A stretch of 64,000 nucleotides of DNA from Pseudomonadota bacterium (GTDB lineage Bacteria; Pseudomonadota; Alphaproteobacteria; Rhizobiales; MH13): positions 57,587 through 121,586 of the forward strand of contig JBCCPK010000008.1 of NCBI GenBank assembly GCA_039024915.1, written 5' to 3'. Shown here piece after piece: positions 1 through 9,201 of the stretch. The notes below the pieces were generated by a model. It searched no databases. It was given only the letters and a program-made list of their open reading frames with translations, and was not told where the DNA came from. Made by a program: the position numbers and the translations under genes. The stretch's first letter is position 1. Each line of letters begins with the position of its first letter.

Positions 1-17
1 GTCGGGCCGTGTTGTTC

Positions 18-432
18 GCTCCGGTCCTTCGGACCGACCGCTTGAAAGCCAGGAGCAAAAGATATGCGGTTGTTCCGAAGGAACAGAGCAAAAGGAACGC
101 GGTTGTTCCGAAGGAACAGAGCAAAAGGAACGCGGTTGTTCCGAAGGGACAGAGCAAAAGAAATACCGGTCAGGCCGCGTTGTTGGCTCCGGTCCTGCGG
201 AACGACCGCTGGACGTTGTTTCTCATTCGCTCCGGTCCTGCGGAACGACCGCTGCACTCATCTGGCTCCGGTCCTCGGACCGACCGCTGGACGTTGTTTC
301 TCATTCGCTCCGTTCCTCCGGAACGACCGCTGGACGTTGTTTCTCATTCGCTCCGTTCCTACGGAACGACCGCTGGATTTTGACATGACACGCTATTCTT
401 ACGCGTCATTCGCTCTGTCCTTTCAGGACAAC
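18..432. repeat. Array of ten REP-like 24-nt hairpin units (consensus GCTCYGKTCC-NNN-GGAMCRACCGC) in both orientations
   Basis: Plus copies at 18, 186, 229, 265, 307, 350 and degenerate 412; minus copies at 66, 99, 132 (33-bp period). Most have a 6-bp stem and 3-nt loop, e.g. CGGTCC-TTC-GGACCG, CGTTCC-TAC-GGAACG, TGTTCC-GAA-GGAACA. The linker GGACGTTGTTTCTCATTC occurs three times. Confidence 0.92.
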
Positions 433-441
433 AACGCATGA
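64..441 (+). other. Possible repeat-encoded leader ORF (125 aa) coupled to dnaE2
   Basis: AGGAG at 51-55, 8 nt before ATG 64. The frame is open across the array and its TGA (439-441) overlaps the dnaE2 ATG (438-440). The product is low-complexity and Arg-rich with no recognisable homology, so it may not be translated. Confidence 0.3.
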
Positions 442-3400
442 CCAGGCCCCGCGAAAATCCGCCGATCCCCTTTCGCAGGCCCGCCGGCAAAAGCTCGGCC
501 GGGCTTGTGGCGCGGCCAGTCGATCCAAAAAAGACCGGCTATGCCGAACTGCAGGCCACCAGCAATTTTTCCTTTTTGCGCGGCGCATCGCACCCCGGCG
601 AGCTGGTCATCGCGGCCAAGGCACTCGGACACAGGGCGATCGCCCTGACCGATCGCAACACGCTGGCAGGCGTGGTGCGCGCGCATGAAGAGGCGAAGAA
701 GGAGGGCATCCGGTTCGTTGTGGGGGCGAGGCTTGATCCGCAAGACGGGCCATCGGTGTTGGTTTATCCCAGCAACCGGAGGGGCTACGCCAATCTCTGC
801 CGGCTGCTATCGCGCGGCAAGATGAACGCGCCGAAGGGCGCGTGCCATTTCTCCTTCGAAGACATGCTGGCGCATCTTGAAGATCAGGCGGTGATCGTGG
901 TCCCGCCGGCGCACTTTTTTGGCTCTGTTCCAGCCCAGAACGGGCTGGAACAACCGCGGGATGACACCTTCACCGATCAGCTCGTGCGAATCCGCGATGC
1001 CGCGCCGGGGCGGACCTGGCTGGCCGCGCATTACCATTTCACCGGCGACGATCGCGCCCGGCTGAACAAGCTGGCTCAGCTTTCCAGGACCACCGGGGTA
1101 CCGCTGGTGGCAACCGGCGACGTGCATTACCACGCGCCCGAACGCCGCCCTTTGCAGGACGTTGTGACCTGTATCCGCGAAAAGCTGCCGCTGGCCAAGG
1201 CAGGCTTCAAGCTCCTTGCCAATGCCGAGCGCCACCTTAAACCCGGCTTTGAAATGGCACGGCTTTTTGCCGATCATCCGGCCGCTTTAGCCGCGATCGG
1301 TGATGTGCTCGCTCTGGCCAATTTTTCGCTTGATGAGCTTGCTTACAACTACCCAAACGAGCCGGTACCCAAGGGCAAGACACCGCAGGGTCACCTCGAG
1401 GCGCTGACCCTGGAGGGTGCCAAATGGCGTTATCCTGGTGGGGTACCTGAACGTGTGCGTGCAGCGATAGACAAAGAGTTGTCCTTGATCGACGATCTTG
1501 GATACGCGCAGTATTTTCTGACCGTCCACGACATCGTCGCCCACGCCCGCAAAAAGGGTATTCTGTGCCAGGGGCGCGGTTCGGCGGCCAACTCGACGGT
1601 GTGTTACTGCCTCGGCGTCACGGCGGTCGATCCTTCCCAGACCAGCCTTCTGTTTGAACGCTTCCTGTCGCGGGCGCGCAAGGAGCCGCCCGATATCGAT
1701 ATCGATTTCGAGCATGAGCGGCGCGAAGAGGTCATCCAGTACATCTACGAGCGCTACGGTCGCCATCGCGCAGCGCTCGCCGCCACCGTCATCACCTATC
1801 GCCCACGCTCAGCGGTGCGCGAAGTGGGCAAGGTGATGGGTCTGTCGGAAGACGTCACCAACGCTCTGGCCTCGACGGTCTGGGGTTCGTGGGGCCGAGA
1901 ATTGCCCGCCGATCAGATACGGCAGGCCGGGCTCGACCTTGATGACCCGACCCTCAAACGGACCATTGAGCTGGCGCACGAACTGTTGGGCTTCCCGCGT
2001 CATCTATCACAGCATGTCGGCGGGTTTGTGCTGACCGAAGACCCGCTTGAAGAGCTGGTGCCGATCGGCAATGCGGCCATGGACGACCGCACCTTCATCG
2101 AATGGGACAAGGACGATATCGACACCTTGAAGATCCTCAAGGTCGATGTGCTGGCGCTCGGAATGCTGACCTGCATCGCCAAGGCGTTCGGGCTGATCAA
2201 GCGCCATTACGGTCTTGATTACGATCTGGCGACGCTGCCGCAGGAAGACCCCGATGTTTACGCGATGCTCCAGCGGGCCGATGCTATCGGCGTGTTTCAG
2301 GTCGAAAGCCGGGCCCAGCTCAACATGCTGCCGCGCATGAAGCCCAAGCGCTTTTACGATCTGGTTATCGAGGTTGCTATCGTGCGGCCGGGGCCGATCC
2401 AGGGCGATATGGTGCACCCCTATTTGCGGCGACGGGACGGCATTGAGACGGTCAACTACCCCTCGCCCGCGCCCGAACATGGGCCCAAGGATGAATTGGA
2501 GCGAGTGCTTGGGCGCACCTTGGGTGTACCGCTGTTTCAGGAGCAGGCGATGCAGATCGCCATCGATGCGGCGAAGTTCACCCCCGATGAAGCCAATCAG
2601 CTGCGCAAGGCGATGGCGACCTTCCGGCGCGTCGGCACGATCCACACGCTGCAGGAAAAGATGGTCGGGCGCATGGTCGCGCGCGGCTATGATCCCGAAT
2701 TTGCGGCGCGCTGCTTCAACCAAATCAAGGGCTTCGGCGAATATGGCTTTCCCGAAAGCCACGCTGCGAGCTTTGCGCTTCTAGTCTACGCCTCAAGCTG
2801 GATCAAATGCCATTTCCCCGATGTGTTTTGCGCAGCCATTCTCAACAGCCAACCCATGGGGTTCTACGCGCCCGCACAGCTGGTGCGCGATGCGCGTGCG
2901 CACGACGTGGAGGTGCGCGAAGTGGATGTGAACCAGTCGCATTGGCACAACACGCTCGAAGAGCATGAAAGCGGCGGCTTTGCCGTGCGGCTGGGGTTCC
3001 GCCAGCTCGATGGGCTGCGCGAGGATGTGATGGAGGCCTTCATGCAACGCCGAGGCAACAGGCGCCTGACCTCTATGGATGATTGCCGCCGGTGCGGCCT
3101 GTCGGTCGCGGTGCTCGAACGCCTCGCTGCCGGTGATGCGTTCCGCTCGCTCGGCCTTGACCGGCGGCAGGCCTTGTGGGCCGTGCGCGGGCTGATGTCG
3201 GACAGCCCTGCCGACCTTTTCGATGCGGCAGAAGCCGATCCCACCGGTGCGGATGTGCCCGTCACCTTACCATCGATGCCGCTGGGCGAGCACGTGGTCG
3301 CCGATTACCAGACCCAGAAATTGTCTCTCAAAGCGCACCCGATGTCGTTCCTGCGCGAGCGCTACACGGCCCAGGGCATGATCACCGCTGAGGGGCTGTT

Positions 3401-4043
3401 CCTGTCCCGGCACGGCCAGCGGGTTCGCTATGCGGGCGTTGTGCTAGTCCGCCAGAAACCGGGTACCGCCAAGGGTGTGGTCTTTATGACATTGGAGGAT
3501 GAGACCGGAACGGCGAACATCGTTGTGTGGGGCAAGATGGTCGAGAAATTCCGCCGGGTGGTGATGCAGGCGCGACTGGTCGAGGTGGTCGGCGAGGTGC
3601 AGCGCAAAGAGGATGTCATTCACATCGTCGCGCACAAGCTGATCGACCGGACCGATGATCTGTCGGTGCTGTCCGATGAGCCGCTGCCAGAAACGGTGGC
3701 CCACGCAGACCATGTCCGCAGCCCCCTGACGGGGCCCGTCAAAGCCAATGGCGACTATCGCAAGCAGCTTCGCGGCCGGGCGCGGCGCAAGAAGGATTTG
3801 CGCGAAGAAGGCGTTCTGGAGCTTCCGCTGGCCCACGCCGACGAGGTCAAAAGACCGGTCGAACAAGACACGCGCATCTCAGGTGGCGGAAAGGCTGGCT
3901 ATTTGCGGGTGCGCCGCCGACCGCTTTCGCAGGCCGGTGAACAAGCCGCGTCCGCAAAACAATCGTCAAAAGGGACGACGCCAGGGCGCGGTACCCATCC
4001 AAGGAATGTTCGGGTCATTCCCAAAAGCCGTGATTTCCATTGA
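438..4043 (+). CDS. dnaE2: Error-prone DNA polymerase DnaE2 (ImuC)
   Basis: N-terminal YAELQATSNFSFLRGASHPGELV, PHP domain, CQGRGSAANS, PDIDIDF catalytic motif, FPESHA, OB-fold TLEDETG, C-terminal SRDFH typical of DnaE2. Confidence 0.97.
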   Translation: MTRPRENPPIPFRRPAGKSSAGLVARPVDPKKTGYAELQATSNFSFLRGASHPGELVIAAKALGHRAIALTDRNTLAGVVRAHEEAKKEGIRFVVGARLDPQDGPSVLVYPSNRRGYANLCRLLSRGKMNAPKGACHFSFEDMLAHLEDQAVIVVPPAHFFGSVPAQNGLEQPRDDTFTDQLVRIRDAAPGRTWLAAHYHFTGDDRARLNKLAQLSRTTGVPLVATGDVHYHAPERRPLQDVVTCIREKLPLAKAGFKLLANAERHLKPGFEMARLFADHPAALAAIGDVLALANFSLDELAYNYPNEPVPKGKTPQGHLEALTLEGAKWRYPGGVPERVRAAIDKELSLIDDLGYAQYFLTVHDIVAHARKKGILCQGRGSAANSTVCYCLGVTAVDPSQTSLLFERFLSRARKEPPDIDIDFEHERREEVIQYIYERYGRHRAALAATVITYRPRSAVREVGKVMGLSEDVTNALASTVWGSWGRELPADQIRQAGLDLDDPTLKRTIELAHELLGFPRHLSQHVGGFVLTEDPLEELVPIGNAAMDDRTFIEWDKDDIDTLKILKVDVLALGMLTCIAKAFGLIKRHYGLDYDLATLPQEDPDVYAMLQRADAIGVFQVESRAQLNMLPRMKPKRFYDLVIEVAIVRPGPIQGDMVHPYLRRRDGIETVNYPSPAPEHGPKDELERVLGRTLGVPLFQEQAMQIAIDAAKFTPDEANQLRKAMATFRRVGTIHTLQEKMVGRMVARGYDPEFAARCFNQIKGFGEYGFPESHAASFALLVYASSWIKCHFPDVFCAAILNSQPMGFYAPAQLVRDARAHDVEVREVDVNQSHWHNTLEEHESGGFAVRLGFRQLDGLREDVMEAFMQRRGNRRLTSMDDCRRCGLSVAVLERLAAGDAFRSLGLDRRQALWAVRGLMSDSPADLFDAAEADPTGADVPVTLPSMPLGEHVVADYQTQKLSLKAHPMSFLRERYTAQGMITAEGLFLSRHGQRVRYAGVVLVRQKPGTAKGVVFMTLEDETGTANIVVWGKMVEKFRRVVMQARLVEVVGEVQRKEDVIHIVAHKLIDRTDDLSVLSDEPLPETVAHADHVRSPLTGPVKANGDYRKQLRGRARRKKDLREEGVLELPLAHADEVKRPVEQDTRISGGGKAGYLRVRRRPLSQAGEQAASAKQSSKGTTPGRGTHPRNVRVIPKSRDFH

Positions 4044-4388
4044 GCACCGAGCATCCGATGGGATCGACCCGCCTTTATACACCTCAGCTCTTGGACCTGA
4101 GCACCTCGCTCCCCCCAGATGGAGAGCGCTCCGGTTCGCGCGCGTCGCGCGCAACGCAACAATCTGGGCGCAGCAACCGCATCAAGCCTGACCGGTTCCA
4201 CCAATCCCGCTTAAGGACTTTCCCCTGTTCGCAGTCGTTGGAGCCGGCCTGCCGGTTTCGGCAAACGATCGGTCAGCCTCACAGAAAGGCTGCATCACCA
4301 CCTGCTTGGTCGCACAACGAGCTTCTTCGCCATCGTTTCCTGCGACCATCAAGCAAAGTTCAACCAAAAGCGGCAACTGCGCAGCCGC

Positions 4389-5135
4389 CTATGCCGCCGG
4401 CTTTCTCGACTGTTCTCCGTGCCAAATCCGCAAGGCGTCAAGCGCGGTGGTGCCGATACCCAAGCCGTCCAGATTGGCCATGCGAGCGCCAGCGGCATCG
4501 CAATGCTGGTCCGTTGTCAGCGCCCCGGGCGTATGAATAACGGGGATGCCCGCTCGAACGGCGGCCATGGCACTGGCCGGTGTGTCCTCAATGGCGACGC
4601 AGCCGGTGGGGTCTGCGTCGAGCCGGGATACTGCCAGCCGGTAGAGTTCAGGGTCCGGTTTGGCATTACGCGCATCCGCACCGCTGACGATGAGCGCAAA
4701 CATATCGGCTTTGAGGCCGACTGCGCCTTCAATGGCGGCATCGATGACCCGTCGGTCGGTGCCTGAGACCAATCCAACAGGGATGCCGACCCGGTTCGCC
4801 TGCTCAATGAGGTTCAGAACCCCCGGGCGAAGCTCGACACCGGCAAGCAATCGATTGATGAAGTTGGACGTCTTGGCTTCATAGATCGCTTCGACCCGCT
4901 GCTCGGAGGCGTCGTCGCCGCTCGCTTCGAGCTCTGCTGCGATCCGGTTGCGACCACCTGGCGCCTGCAGCCGTTGCCGATAGGCGTCCTCGTTCCAGAA
5001 GACGTCAACTTTGAAAGAGCGAAAGGCCATGTTGAAAGCCTCCCGCTGAAAGTGCGACGACTCAATGAGCGTGCCGATTGAGCCGAACATGAGAGCCTGA
5101 AGGGACGAGGACGGAAACGCGGTGCTGGCGGTCAT
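4389..5135 (-). CDS. HAD-IA/CbbY-like protein with Asp-less motif I
   Basis: HAD fold cues QREAFN, KPDPELY, AIEDTPAS; motif I reads FGSIGT instead of FDxDGT. Confidence 0.8.
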   Translation of the reverse strand: MTASTAFPSSSLQALMFGSIGTLIESSHFQREAFNMAFRSFKVDVFWNEDAYRQRLQAPGGRNRIAAELEASGDDASEQRVEAIYEAKTSNFINRLLAGVELRPGVLNLIEQANRVGIPVGLVSGTDRRVIDAAIEGAVGLKADMFALIVSGADARNAKPDPELYRLAVSRLDADPTGCVAIEDTPASAMAAVRAGIPVIHTPGALTTDQHCDAAGARMANLDGLGIGTTALDALRIWHGEQSRKPAA

Positions 5136-5483
5136 GGTGTTACTCCTGGTGCTGGATCACATACGCGCCTGCGCCAAACTGGTTTGGCAAAACCGCACAA
5201 TGACGACTGATCGCCGCACCAACGGCTGGTGAAGGAAGCAGATGTCTTTCGATCAGCAGCCGGCCGAAACCCAGCTCTGGAGGGCTGCGATCGGCCATAT
5301 TGACCGATCTGACGAAGCGGCGTTCAGTATGGCCGCTGCGTTTGCTCGTTTGAACATCGCGCCGCTGCCGTCCGATTTTTCACGAGACAAGCCAGACGCT
5401 TAATCCATGTCCCCGTTTCTTGCACCGCCTCAACCTGTTTTACGTGAGCGGGCCTGTCAGCCCTGGCGTCCTGGTAAAGCGGT

Positions 5484-6890
5484 TTGGCGCTTTGTGACGC
5501 CATGGTAGGGTGGCATGCCCGGCTGTTGCTAGCAGTCTTGTTGCTGGCGGCCCCGGTAATCGCCGCGACCTGTATGCCCAGCTTTGCGCAGGACGGTTCG
5601 ACGGATACGACAACCCCGATCGCCGTCGAAAACAGCAGCACATCAGACACTGATCTGCGCGACCGCCTGAGGGCGATTTTCTCGGAGATCGACGAACTTG
5701 GAAGCGTCCGGCCTTCGGTCAGCGAAGGTGTGGTCGTGCTTCGAGGCGATGCACCCAACGATAATGCCGCGCAGCGGGCCATATCGCTGGCCGAGCGGTT
5801 GGAGGGCGTTGTCGCTGTCGAAGATGACATTGATCGCACCCTCAGCATCGAAGACAATCTCAACCCTCTTCTTGAACGATACCAAGGAGTTCTTGATGCC
5901 TTTGTGCGCGGCTGGCCACTGTATGCGGTTGCGCTTGCTGCCTTTTTGATCGTTGCAACACTAGGCTACGCCTTGTCCTCCTGGACAAGGCTTTGGGACG
6001 CCATCGCGCCAAACCTGTTCATCGCACGACTGCTCTCGCAGACAGTTCTGATTTTGGGTTTTCTGCTGGGCCTGTTGCTCGCGCTCAGTATTCTGGACGC
6101 AATGGCGCTGTTTGGCGCGGCGGCTGGTGGCGCGGGCTTGATTGGCCTTGCGGTCGGGTTCGCCGTTCGCGACACCATCGAAAACTATATCGCCAGCGTC
6201 ATGTTGAGCCTGCGGCAACCCTTTCGCGCCAACGATTTTGTCGCAATCAACGATCTCGAGGGGATCGTGGTCCGGCTGACCTCGCGCGCGACCATTCTCA
6301 GGACCCTCGACGGCAACCATTTGCGCATTCCCAACGCCCAGGTCTTCAAGGGCATCATCCTCAACTACACACGCAATCCGCAGCGTCGCTTTGACTTTGA
6401 GCTGGGGATCGATACGAACAATGATCCGCTGGAAGCCATCGGAAAGGCCGAGGCGACACTCCTGGAGCTGTCGTTCGTTCTCGCCCATCCCGCGCCGCTG
6501 GCTGGCATCCAGAAGGTTGGCGATTCAAGCATTGTCATCTGGTTTGCCGCCTGGATTGACCAGCGTGAAACGGATTTTCTCAAGGCGCGCAGCGGCGCAA
6601 TCAACGCTGTCAAACGGACACTCGAAACTGCGGGCTTCAGCTTCCCTGAACCGATCTACCGCCTTCGCATCGATGGCGCTGGTGATGGCGCCATCATCAT
6701 GCAGCAGGCTGCAGCCCCTGACCCGGAACCGATTGGACGGTCGACGCTGAAAGAGGAGCGCCCGGCAGCCATTATGAACCTCGAGGATCTGGACGTCTCG
6801 CCGGAAACCGATGTTCAAAAACAGGTCGAACAAGAGCGCGCCGAAGGCAATCAGGAAGATCTCCTGAACGATGAGAGGCCGATCGAGTGA
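5484..6890 (+). CDS. MscS-family mechanosensitive channel with periplasmic BON domain
   Basis: Signal-like N-terminus, BON-like VVVLRGDAP..VVAVEDDI, TM helices, GLAVGFAVRDTIENYIAS, FRANDFV, IPNAQV. True start may be a few codons downstream. Confidence 0.9.
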   Translation: MALCDAMVGWHARLLLAVLLLAAPVIAATCMPSFAQDGSTDTTTPIAVENSSTSDTDLRDRLRAIFSEIDELGSVRPSVSEGVVVLRGDAPNDNAAQRAISLAERLEGVVAVEDDIDRTLSIEDNLNPLLERYQGVLDAFVRGWPLYAVALAAFLIVATLGYALSSWTRLWDAIAPNLFIARLLSQTVLILGFLLGLLLALSILDAMALFGAAAGGAGLIGLAVGFAVRDTIENYIASVMLSLRQPFRANDFVAINDLEGIVVRLTSRATILRTLDGNHLRIPNAQVFKGIILNYTRNPQRRFDFELGIDTNNDPLEAIGKAEATLLELSFVLAHPAPLAGIQKVGDSSIVIWFAAWIDQRETDFLKARSGAINAVKRTLETAGFSFPEPIYRLRIDGAGDGAIIMQQAAAPDPEPIGRSTLKEERPAAIMNLEDLDVSPETDVQKQVEQERAEGNQEDLLNDERPIE

Positions 6891-7035
6891 CCTCCAGCCG
6901 CACCCTTTGGAAAGGCGGTTTCTTTGCCCGCCGCTGCACTTTGACAGTTGCTTTACAGCCAAAGCGTTAGCCCTACGGCGCTGGAAGCGAGCGGTGGCCA
7001 TGCCAGGCAGCTAAGCTGACCTCTGACATCCGCAC

Positions 7036-7701
7036 TTATTGATGGTGGAGCCAGAAAGCGTCCGCGATGGTGTGCGACTTGTCCTCGGTATAGTTCTCCC
7101 ACTCAAGAGCCATCAGAACCAGCGGGCGGGCAAGGTTCAGAAAGACGCTCTGGGCGACGAGGTTGACCGCCCGAAGGCGGACCATTTCGCTTTCAGGGTC
7201 TTCGCCGGTCATACGCGCAACCAGTGTTCGCATAAGGGTGAACTGCAAGCTGAAAACATTCTCGTAGAACAGCTCTGTCGGCTTTCCACCTTGGATGAGC
7301 TCACGTTGGATGTAGCGCGACTTGATGTCGGCGTCCGGCCCTCTGGTTGATCGGATGAAAGACGCACGCATGATTTCCCGCACCGTTGCGCGCGCCTCTT
7401 CGGCCGTCATGGTTGCGATCTTTTCCGGTGTCAGATGCTGCAAGACCTCGCCGGGACCCTCGTTCCGGAAGGTACAGGCGAGATGGCCGATCGCAGCATA
7501 GCGCAAGCCTTCCTTGCCACCGAAATGATAGTTGATGGCGGCAAGATTGACACCAGCCTCGTTGATCAGGTCGCGAACTGTTGTGTTGTCATAACCCTTC
7601 TCGCCAAACAGCTTCATGGCTGCCTCCAAAAGGGCCAGCTTGGTCGCCTCGGTACGGCTGTCCTGATTTCGCTCGGTGCCGGTCGTCATAGGCCCGTCCA
7701 T
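7036..7701 (-). CDS. TetR-family regulator (CecR/YbiH-like)
   Basis: LLEAAMKLFGEKGYDNTTVRDLINEAGVNLAAINYHFGGKEGL HTH; divergent from RND genes. Confidence 0.9.
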   Translation of the reverse strand: MDGPMTTGTERNQDSRTEATKLALLEAAMKLFGEKGYDNTTVRDLINEAGVNLAAINYHFGGKEGLRYAAIGHLACTFRNEGPGEVLQHLTPEKIATMTAEEARATVREIMRASFIRSTRGPDADIKSRYIQRELIQGGKPTELFYENVFSLQFTLMRTLVARMTGEDPESEMVRLRAVNLVAQSVFLNLARPLVLMALEWENYTEDKSHTIADAFWLHHQ

Positions 7702-7783
7702 AGGGCTTTGCGGCGCAAATGAGAAGGGTGAGCCGCAGGAATCCCGATCGGATCTTCAATCGATTTGTCAGTCTTGCCAAAAT

Positions 7784-7801
7784 TTAATACATACGTTTGA
7801 A
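7784..7801. promoter_or_regulatory. Candidate TetR operator (imperfect palindrome)
   Basis: TTAATACATACGTTTGAA matches a perfect 18-bp palindrome at 15 of 18 positions; lies in the AT-rich tetR/RND divergent interval. Confidence 0.4.
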
Positions 7802-8003
7802 ACAATTGTGCTATAGCATTTATCCATCGGCCTAGGACTTCCTTCCAGTGCAGGACAGCCGGCTCGTTCGACAAGGCTGAACAGTCTGTTCACCCCCGTT
7901 TCGGGCTGCGCAGTGCTGAGATTGTAGGCACTGCCACAATCTGGCTAATCCAGTGGCGGACTGCGGCGTAAGTGAACAGTTGTTTGAATAAGGGAGACCG
8001 GCT

Positions 8004-9200
8004 TTGGCTTTCATGTGGCGCGCAATCAAGGAAGTGTTCTGGCTAGCTGTGGCTGTTGCTATTGTTGCTGGGGGCTGGTTCGGCTTTCAGTTTCTGGCAG
8101 AAAACCGCACCGTGGTTGAAGCAGCGCCCATCGAGCGCAGCGTCCCAACCGTTGAGGCAGCACCCCTGCAAGCGGCGAACGGTATCCCGATCGCAGCCGA
8201 CGGCTTCATCAGCGCCAGCCGCCTGCTCGACATCGCCGGGGAAACTGGCGGGCGCATCGTCGAGTTGCACCCCGCTATCGATGCGCGGGGCGCTTTCGAG
8301 AAGGGCGACATCCTTTTCCGCCTTGATGACCGCAACGCACGCGCCAACCTGGCGCAAGTCGTGGCAACGATCGAAAGCTCGACCGCCCAACTGAACCTGG
8401 TGATTACCCAGCTCGAGCGTGCCTATGAACTGCGTGACGGCGGTATCATCGCGCAAGATCAACTTGATCAGCTGCTTAGCCGCGAACAGGAATTGGAAGC
8501 GTCGCTTCGTAGCCTCTATGCCAATCGGGAAGCTGCCGAAATCGCGTTGGCAAACACCGTTGTCGAAGCCCCTTTCGATGGCCGTGTACTGTCAAAGCAG
8601 GCCGAGTTGGGTGCGGTGATTGCGCAAGGTGCGCCGGTCGCACAGATTTATTCAGCGGACGCACTTGAAGTCACGGTCGACATCCGTGAGCGCGAAGCTG
8701 CACTGATCGCAAACCTGTTCTCGAACCCAACAGCAAGGGCGTCAGTCGAAACCGAGTTTGCCGGGCAGGACTACCAGTGGAGCGCGCAGATCGCGCGGGT
8801 TGATCGGCAGATCGATGCCCAGACCCGGACGCTTTCGGTCACGCTTGCGCTCGATGACCCCGCCGCAGGCAAGCCTGCAAGTGGCGGTGCAGGGCCCGCC
8901 TTACCGGCTTTGATCAACGCATTTGTCAGCGTTGAAATTCAGGCCGACGTCCCCGATGACACCTTTGTCGTCGATGTAACGGCAGTCCGCAACGATGAGG
9001 CAGTTTGGATACTAGATGGCGGATCGCTTCGGGTTGAGCCGATCACGGTGCTGCATCGTGCTGGCGACAAGGCCTTCATCACCGGCCCCAACCTGGCTGC
9101 TACCGCTATGCTCGTCACCAGCCCGCTGTCGAGCGTCAGTGATGGCATGACGGTCAGTGCAGCTTCGCCGCCGCCTGCCACCGTACAGGTTGGGGGCTGA
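8004..9200 (+). CDS. RND efflux periplasmic adaptor (MFP)
   Basis: N-terminal TM, lipoyl-like GRIVEL..GDILFRLD, coiled coil, VEAPFDGRV, IDAQTRT. Confidence 0.93.
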   Translation: MAFMWRAIKEVFWLAVAVAIVAGGWFGFQFLAENRTVVEAAPIERSVPTVEAAPLQAANGIPIAADGFISASRLLDIAGETGGRIVELHPAIDARGAFEKGDILFRLDDRNARANLAQVVATIESSTAQLNLVITQLERAYELRDGGIIAQDQLDQLLSREQELEASLRSLYANREAAEIALANTVVEAPFDGRVLSKQAELGAVIAQGAPVAQIYSADALEVTVDIREREAALIANLFSNPTARASVETEFAGQDYQWSAQIARVDRQIDAQTRTLSVTLALDDPAAGKPASGGAGPALPALINAFVSVEIQADVPDDTFVVDVTAVRNDEAVWILDGGSLRVEPITVLHRAGDKAFITGPNLAATAMLVTSPLSSVSDGMTVSAASPPPATVQVGG

Positions 9201-9201
9201 C

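Noticed and set aside
200-335. GAAC-N7-GGAC motifs as LexA (SOS) boxes for dnaE2
   Set aside because: One mismatch from the alphaproteobacterial GAAC-N7-GAAC and lacking the usual A-rich context; they arise as a by-product of the repeat. Not excluded, but unsupported.
9-383. 124-aa ORF with VVPKEQSKRNA repeats
   Set aside because: Translation of the repeat array with no SD and no coupling to dnaE2.
18-432. CRISPR array interpretation of the repeats
   Set aside because: Linkers are short (9-38 nt) and often identical, units occur in both orientations, and no cas genes are in the window.
4044-4388. ORFs 4040..4540 and 4182..4376 after dnaE2
   Set aside because: No motifs, atypical composition, partial overlap with the HAD-like gene.
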